Positions 58,525 through 64,000 of a DNA stretch of 64,000 nt are shown here, piece after piece; position 1 is the stretch's first letter, and every line of letters begins with the position of its first letter. The notes under the pieces were generated by a model. That model had not been told where the DNA came from. It was given only the letters and a program-made list of their open reading frames with translations, and searched no databases. The stretch covers positions 86,183-150,182 of IMG/VR virus record IMGVR_UViG_3300008255_000101; one strand, given 5' to 3'. The position numbers and the translations under genes are program-made. Source of the stretch: a virus.

Positions 58525-59160
58525 ATGGAATCATTCGGATTCGACAATAAGGATGTCAAAAGCACCAGCTTCGACAAGTTCAAGGGTGAAAAGGGCCGTA
58601 CCTACACGGTCAGCTTTGCTCACGACGACCCCAACAAGTTCTTTGTTGGCGGTAAGCAGCACTACAGCAACAGGCTACAAAAAGGGTGGGCATGCTTGTC
58701 CACCGCTACTAGCCAGGAAGTGTGCTGTACCCATGATTACGACGGTAACGAAGCCAAGTGGCGCATCGGGTGCATCCTGGTGGTCTACCGGGTGGATGAC
58801 GGCGTCGTCAAGGGGATTGATAAGGTGCTCCCATGGACTTTCAGCGCCAAGCAATTCGAGCTTCTCAAAAAGATCTACAAGGAATTTGGCCATGTGGACC
58901 TTACCCTGACCTGCACGAATGGCGAATATCAGAACTTTGATGTTCTCCCCAAAAAGAATTGCGCCTGGATGGGGAACGATAAGCTGAAAGAATACGTTCT
59001 GGCCAACTCCAAAAAGATGTACGAACGCCTGCCTAAGATGATATCTACCAAGATGTCTGAAGCTGAAATCCGGGAAAACCTGGGTCTTGGTGGTGGTAGT
59101 GCGAGCGACTCTGCCTCGGGCTTGGACCTGTCTAACATTGCTGGCTCTTTGGACGGCTAA
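58525..59160 (+). CDS. Single-stranded DNA-binding protein (gp32-like)
   Basis: Aromatic/Cys-containing OB-like core, PWTFS, DLTLTC, acidic tail; replication operon context. Confidence 0.6.
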   Translation: MESFGFDNKDVKSTSFDKFKGEKGRTYTVSFAHDDPNKFFVGGKQHYSNRLQKGWACLSTATSQEVCCTHDYDGNEAKWRIGCILVVYRVDDGVVKGIDKVLPWTFSAKQFELLKKIYKEFGHVDLTLTCTNGEYQNFDVLPKKNCAWMGNDKLKEYVLANSKKMYERLPKMISTKMSEAEIRENLGLGGGSASDSASGLDLSNIAGSLDG

Positions 59161-59168
59161 AGGGTAAC

Positions 59169-59969
59169 ATGGCCTTCATACTAGGTTTAGACCCCAGCTT
59201 AAGGAAATCGGGCTACTGTGTCGTAGACACGGAAGCCCCCTATAGCTCTTTCATAGAAAGAGGAAGGCTCTATACCACGGTATCTGATGGCTTTGTCACT
59301 CTGCGTCTGCTCAAACAGCAACGTCAGATCAAAGAACTGATGGAAAGGTTCTCCATAGACTTCGTGTCTATGGAGCAACCTTACTTTGGCGATGGAGAGG
59401 CAGAGGTGCTATTTGCCCTCAACCAATTTATCCATCAAATTTTCTACAGCAGGGGAACTCACGTTATCGCGTTCCCACCCCAGCAACTAAAGAGCTTATC
59501 TATACCCACAAAGGACCCCAAGGACGTGGGTAAGAACCACATGGTGATGGCTGCCCAGGAGAGGTACCATCTGTTGGGTACACCTATCACAGACGACGAG
59601 GCGGATGCCATGCATGCGGCGTACCTGGGGAGGATTTACTACCAGTGGCGTGTGGACAAGACGCTTAAAAGTAGCGACCTAGAAGGTATAGGTCGCGTTC
59701 TGCACCCGGAGGCAGGGGAACTTAGGGCAGCACTCATTACAAAGAAGTATGCTGCGCTCATAGGTCCCAAGATTTACAAGGCTTTCTACGGGAAGCACAC
59801 ATACGTCAGGGGATCCAAAAAGGGTACCACTGAGTATAAAGGCTTAGCGTTCCGGGAGAATGAACTCTTCTGGGACTATACAAAGATTTTAGAGAGACAG
59901 CGAAAATACAATTCGCCCGAAAGTACACATCAAGGAGAAGACCAGGATGCCAAGAGCGACCCCTGCTGA
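59169..59969 (+). CDS. ruvC: RuvC-like Holliday junction resolvase
   Basis: ILGLDPS, VSMEQP, PQQLK, DDEADA. Confidence 0.85.
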   Translation: MAFILGLDPSLRKSGYCVVDTEAPYSSFIERGRLYTTVSDGFVTLRLLKQQRQIKELMERFSIDFVSMEQPYFGDGEAEVLFALNQFIHQIFYSRGTHVIAFPPQQLKSLSIPTKDPKDVGKNHMVMAAQERYHLLGTPITDDEADAMHAAYLGRIYYQWRVDKTLKSSDLEGIGRVLHPEAGELRAALITKKYAALIGPKIYKAFYGKHTYVRGSKKGTTEYKGLAFRENELFWDYTKILERQRKYNSPESTHQGEDQDAKSDPC

Positions 59970-61260
59970 AGAAAGCACTGCAGCAAAAAAATCAGCCCCC
60001 CAGAAGAAGTTGTCCAAAAGTGCTGCGAAGACGGCAAAGGGAAAGGCAGCTACTAAGATGGTTTCCGACTCAGGTAAGGGACGGGCTGCCGATATCGAAA
60101 AATTCCTTAAGGGGAATGAAGCCATGCTGGGGGATATAAATCGCCCCATCGACTTCATATCCACGGGTAGTTGGGTAGTAGACCGTATCATTGGTGACGG
60201 CTTAGGGGAAAACGGAGCGGGTGGTATCCCCAAAGGGTTTATGGCGGAAGTCTTCGGTAAGGAAGGCTGCGGAAAAACCACTTTGGCCCTACAGACAGCT
60301 GCCGAGTGCCAGCGCGAAGGCGGGCTGGTGCTTTTTGTTGATTTTGAAAAGTCTCTCCGTGCCCAACGTCACTACGTTAAGAGCCTAGGTATTGACATTA
60401 ACGACAAGTCCAAGTTCATCCATTTGGAACCGGACACTTTGGAAGATGGCGCCAAAGCCACTTTCGAGGCTATTGTCGCATTGAGACCTGACCTGGTGAT
60501 TATTGACAGTGTTGCTGCCATGATCCCTTCTGCTTTCCTAACAGGCGATGTGGAAGACGCCATCAAGGTCGGACTCCATGCCCGCCTTATCGGTATCTTT
60601 GTGGGTACCCTCAACAAGGTTCTGCAAAAATCCAACACCGCTGTACTGTTCACCAACCAGCTCCGCGCCAAGATCGGTGGGATGGGTAACGGACCTCAAA
60701 CGGACACTACCGGTGGTATGGCGTTCAAGTTCTATATGCATCTTCGCTTACAGATGGCTGTAGTGAGTAAAACCTCCTCTTCACAGGTAAGTGAGATTAC
60801 CGGTAAGGCCGGTACCTCTGTGGTATCCGACCAGGTAGTAAAGGTTACGGCTGTCAAGAACAAGATGGACAAGCCCTTTAAATCCGAGGAAGTGTACATC
60901 ACCTTTGGTAAGGGTATGGATGGTCTCCGCTCGCTCATCGAACTGGCCATAAAGAGAGGTGTGCTGAAGGGTTCCGGATGGTACGAATACATCTCCAAAG
61001 AAGACTCTGGGTACAACTTCAAGATTCAGGGAGTTGCCAAGGTCAAGGCACACCTGGAGCAACATCCTGAGGTTGTAGAAGACATGATGCCTCGCTTGTT
61101 CCCCGAAGTGGACGTAGAGGCCTTCGTCCAAGCCCGGGAAGCCGGTGAAATCGATAAGGACGATATGGGTGACGAGATGGCTGACCTTCTAAACCAGATG
61201 GCTGCCAACATGAGTTCCGTTTCTGCAAACCCATCACTTCCCGGTGAATCGGACGATTAA
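59947..61260 (+). CDS. recA: RecA/UvsX recombinase
   Basis: ISTGS, GKEGCGKTT, IIDSVAAM, TNQLR, TGGMAFKFY, VKNK. Confidence 0.93.
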   Translation: MPRATPAEESTAAKKSAPQKKLSKSAAKTAKGKAATKMVSDSGKGRAADIEKFLKGNEAMLGDINRPIDFISTGSWVVDRIIGDGLGENGAGGIPKGFMAEVFGKEGCGKTTLALQTAAECQREGGLVLFVDFEKSLRAQRHYVKSLGIDINDKSKFIHLEPDTLEDGAKATFEAIVALRPDLVIIDSVAAMIPSAFLTGDVEDAIKVGLHARLIGIFVGTLNKVLQKSNTAVLFTNQLRAKIGGMGNGPQTDTTGGMAFKFYMHLRLQMAVVSKTSSSQVSEITGKAGTSVVSDQVVKVTAVKNKMDKPFKSEEVYITFGKGMDGLRSLIELAIKRGVLKGSGWYEYISKEDSGYNFKIQGVAKVKAHLEQHPEVVEDMMPRLFPEVDVEAFVQAREAGEIDKDDMGDEMADLLNQMAANMSSVSANPSLPGESDD

Positions 61261-61289
61261 GCACCCGCAAGGGTACTAGGAGATTAGTA

Positions 61290-62600
61290 GTGGCCACCAA
61301 AATCGAAATTTTCAATTACAAGACCATCAAACACGCTGTATTTGAAGTGGATGGCTACACTCTTCTCCTGGGCAAGAACTTCATTGGGAAGTCCGCGCTG
61401 ATCACTGCGATTGTCTCGGCCTTCATCAATAGAACCGGTGACGGGTTTATCCGCCACGGGGAAAAGTTCGCTGAAGTCAGGATCACGTATGGAAAGTATT
61501 TCTTTGCTTGGCACAAGGAGGAGGGTAATAGCTTTTACACCTTGTCCGACGGGGAAACCACTCGCACATTGGAAAAGATAGGCGCTATGGACCTGCCTCG
61601 CGAAATTGTCGAGGCAGGTTTTGGCCCTATCGTCATAGGTGGAAAGAAGAATCTGCTTTGGTATGCCCGCCAGCTGGAAGTCCTGTTCCTGATAGACAAG
61701 CCCCGCCAAAACAGCACTACCGACCTCATCGCATCGGTCACCAAGATAGATGCTGTGTATAAGGCTGTGGAGTTGGCCAAAAAAGACCTTAAGGCGTCTA
61801 AAGCAGAACTGAAGGTACGTGGGGCGGACATCAGGGATGCCAAACAAGACCTAAGCAAGTTCGAACCCCTCGAGGAGTACGCGATCAAAGAAAGCATACT
61901 TACCGGGATAAGGGACCAAAACCTAGCTATTCAGAAAGAGGTGGCCTTTCTGGAAAAATCCACCAGAGATCTTGAGGAGCATTCTACTACCCTGCGAAAG
62001 TACCACCCCGCGGTAAAGCTAACCCCCGTCAGCACGGTTCCCCTTGGGGGGGACCTTAAGGAAATTGTAAAGCTGGACGGGCTTATGCGTCAGTATAGGG
62101 ATAGTCAGGCGGAAGTGGAAAGCTTGAGTTCCGTGCCAAAAGTACCGGGGTATCCCACAGAGCTGTTGAATAACTCTGAGGGTTTAGCTCGGGAAATAAG
62201 TAACTTGGACGATCTTTCCCACCGACTGGACTCCGCTCAAAAGGTAGTTGTCAAATGCAGGGACGCAGGTAAGATACCTAGTGCTGATAAAGCTTACAAG
62301 GCTGTGGCTTCCCTAGCTAAGGAAGTGGCATCTATAGCAGTTCTCGAGGATAAACTCAAAAAAGCTAACGAGGGGCTTTCCAGGGTTAAGGCTGCTGGTA
62401 GTCTGAAACCTGTCCCAGTGCCCCACGAATTACTCAAGGAATTGATCACCTTGGAAAAACTTACCAATTCCTTGGACGCAGCATCCAGGGAACTCAGGAG
62501 TGCCCATGCCGAGCTTTTAAGCGCTGCGGCGGAGCACGAAGAAATTCATGCGGAGCTGGGTAAATTTGAAAACTGCCCAGCTTGTGGAGCCCCCCTATGA
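61290..62600 (+). CDS. SbcC/Rad50-like ATPase, N-terminal half
   Basis: IEIFNYK, GKNFIGKSA Walker A, coiled coil, terminal CPACG zinc hook. Confidence 0.8.
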   Translation: MATKIEIFNYKTIKHAVFEVDGYTLLLGKNFIGKSALITAIVSAFINRTGDGFIRHGEKFAEVRITYGKYFFAWHKEEGNSFYTLSDGETTRTLEKIGAMDLPREIVEAGFGPIVIGGKKNLLWYARQLEVLFLIDKPRQNSTTDLIASVTKIDAVYKAVELAKKDLKASKAELKVRGADIRDAKQDLSKFEPLEEYAIKESILTGIRDQNLAIQKEVAFLEKSTRDLEEHSTTLRKYHPAVKLTPVSTVPLGGDLKEIVKLDGLMRQYRDSQAEVESLSSVPKVPGYPTELLNNSEGLAREISNLDDLSHRLDSAQKVVVKCRDAGKIPSADKAYKAVASLAKEVASIAVLEDKLKKANEGLSRVKAAGSLKPVPVPHELLKELITLEKLTNSLDAASRELRSAHAELLSAAAEHEEIHAELGKFENCPACGAPL

Positions 62601-63613
62601 GTACTACCGTAAAGTTTGTCTATTACACCGATGTACATATACAGGACGTGAACCCTCCCTCGCGACTGGGGAGTTACCGTGACGATATTCTGGCAAAAAT
62701 AAGACAGGTCATGAATATTGGTAAAAAATCCAAAGTGGATTTTACCTATTGTGGTGGAGACCTCTTCAACCATAAGAGGCCGGCTAGCACCCGTCACGCT
62801 CTTGTGACCCAGGTTATTGGTGTTCTCGATGACAGTGGGGTACCAAATTACGGGGTTCCCGGAAATCACGATCTCCAGGGAGACGATATTAGTACTCTAC
62901 CAGAGCAACCCCTGGGGGTTTTGATGGAGGGCGGCCATATGATCCAGGTTAAAAACGGACTTCTGTTCAAAAAGGGTAACCTAACGGTGCACCTGGACTC
63001 CTACGACTTTGAGGAGGAGCCCGATCTAGTTGAGCTCGCTGAAAAACGTGAAGCTGTCAAGGCCGACGTGCATACCTTGGGGGCACACATTTTTTCAAGC
63101 CCCAAGGGTGGTGATCTCTTTGGGACTAAGATTTTCTCGTACGAGGAGCTCGCAGTAACCGGCCACGACCTATACCTATTGGGACACTACCACCCTGATA
63201 ATGGCGTGGAAGACCGAAGCTATGATAAGGACCGCCAGACGTTCATCAACGTAGGGTCCTTGTCCCGTGGGGACTACGGTGATGAGAACCTTACTCGTAA
63301 GCCTAAGTGTGCTTTGGTCACGATAACCAAAGAAGACGGGAACGTGACCTGGTCGGTAGAGCAGATCCTACTGGATGTGAGGCCCGCCGAAGAAGTTTTT
63401 GATTTGGAAGCAAAAGAAAAGATAGCCAAACAAAAAGAGGAAACGGCTGAGTATGTAGCAGAGATTGAGAGATCCTCGACGGCTACCGATGGTAACGCCA
63501 GTGAGGAGGAAGAGCTCAAAGCCATCGTACCCACTGATAAGAAAATCTACAACCGAACCATGTACTACATCAACAAAGCTCGTGAAGATCTAGCCAAGGT
63601 ATCTGCCCAATGA
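62597..63613 (+). CDS. SbcD/Mre11-like metallophosphoesterase nuclease
   Basis: TDVH, GGDLF, GNHD, GHYH, NVGSL motifs. Confidence 0.88.
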   Translation: MSTTVKFVYYTDVHIQDVNPPSRLGSYRDDILAKIRQVMNIGKKSKVDFTYCGGDLFNHKRPASTRHALVTQVIGVLDDSGVPNYGVPGNHDLQGDDISTLPEQPLGVLMEGGHMIQVKNGLLFKKGNLTVHLDSYDFEEEPDLVELAEKREAVKADVHTLGAHIFSSPKGGDLFGTKIFSYEELAVTGHDLYLLGHYHPDNGVEDRSYDKDRQTFINVGSLSRGDYGDENLTRKPKCALVTITKEDGNVTWSVEQILLDVRPAEEVFDLEAKEKIAKQKEETAEYVAEIERSSTATDGNASEEEELKAIVPTDKKIYNRTMYYINKAREDLAKVSAQ

Positions 63614-64000
63614 GCGGTCTTCCTGATTTTTCCAAGATGCGGTTCGACTTCCATAAGTACAAGACGTACTGGGAGTGCCCCAAGAAGTTTCTGAAACAGT
63701 ATAAAAGAGAGGACCCTACGGTACCTCAGAACGGATACTATCGTGTGTCCGGTGAACTCGTCCAAAAATTTTTCGAAATGTACTCTAACCATTGGAAGTC
63801 TACCGGGTCGGATGTTTCCGAGGGTAGCGTAAAAGACAAGATGCGTCCCTTCTGGAACGCCCTGCTAAGATGGAACGAGGTAGACTGGGGACACCCCATG
63901 TCCAAGCTTGGGGAGTCTGATCTGTTCCTGGAGTGTGTTGACACCATTCTTGCCAATTTGGCGGAGCTAGACGTGTACGGCGGGACACAGTCCGAACTTA
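63610..64000 (+). CDS. PD-(D/E)XK nuclease-family protein, partial
   Basis: Manual translation MSGLPDFSK...YKTYWECPKKF...SGELVQKFFE; runs off the window. Confidence 0.6.
   Translation, partial: MSGLPDFSKMRFDFHKYKTYWECPKKFLKQYKREDPTVPQNGYYRVSGELVQKFFEMYSNHWKSTGSDVSEGSVKDKMRPFWNALLRWNEVDWGHPMSKLGESDLFLECVDTILANLAELDVYGGTQSEL

Noticed and set aside
61274-61290. ACTAGGAGATTAG resembling the late motif
   Set aside because: Two mismatches at conserved positions, and explained as the AGGAG RBS of the SbcC-like gene.
1-64000. tRNA, rRNA, integrase, transposase, reverse transcriptase or alternative genetic code
   Set aside because: None recognised; genes are full length and tightly packed under the standard code, with all three stops in use.

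Overview
This 64-kb window is part of a large tailed dsDNA phage genome (probably jumbo-class); no host chromosomal genes are evident. Positions 1-44 kb are an almost entirely minus-strand virion morphogenesis region. It encodes a collagen-like fibre, a DUF6519-type/beta-helix tail protein, terminase, portal, prohead protease, scaffold, decoration protein and a short HK97-fold major capsid protein. It also carries many acidic head-associated proteins, a bacterioferritin, a HEXXH peptidase, a HAD nucleotidase and a LAGLIDADG-methyltransferase fusion. Positions 44-52 kb (minus strand) hold sigma4-like and NusG-like regulators, a bacterial-type DnaX/HolA/HolB clamp loader and a primase. Positions 53-64 kb (plus strand) hold RecD2, SSB, RuvC, RecA, SbcC/SbcD-like and PD-(D/E)XK genes. 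The most notable unexplained signals are: (i) a [KR]-x-A-S motif repeated about 30 times in head-region proteins, including the leader of the ferritin, suggesting a capsid processing or cargo-loading code; (ii) a 13-bp late-promoter-like motif, ATAAYCTNNTAAT, in front of at least 9 structural genes; (iii) a ~580-nt hairpin-dense candidate large ncRNA at the strand-switch point, bracketed by a 28-bp direct repeat and flanked by two apparently inactive NAD-pathway enzyme homologues (nicotinamidase-like and Tpt1/KptA-like). All calls come from reading motifs by eye; no database searches were run.
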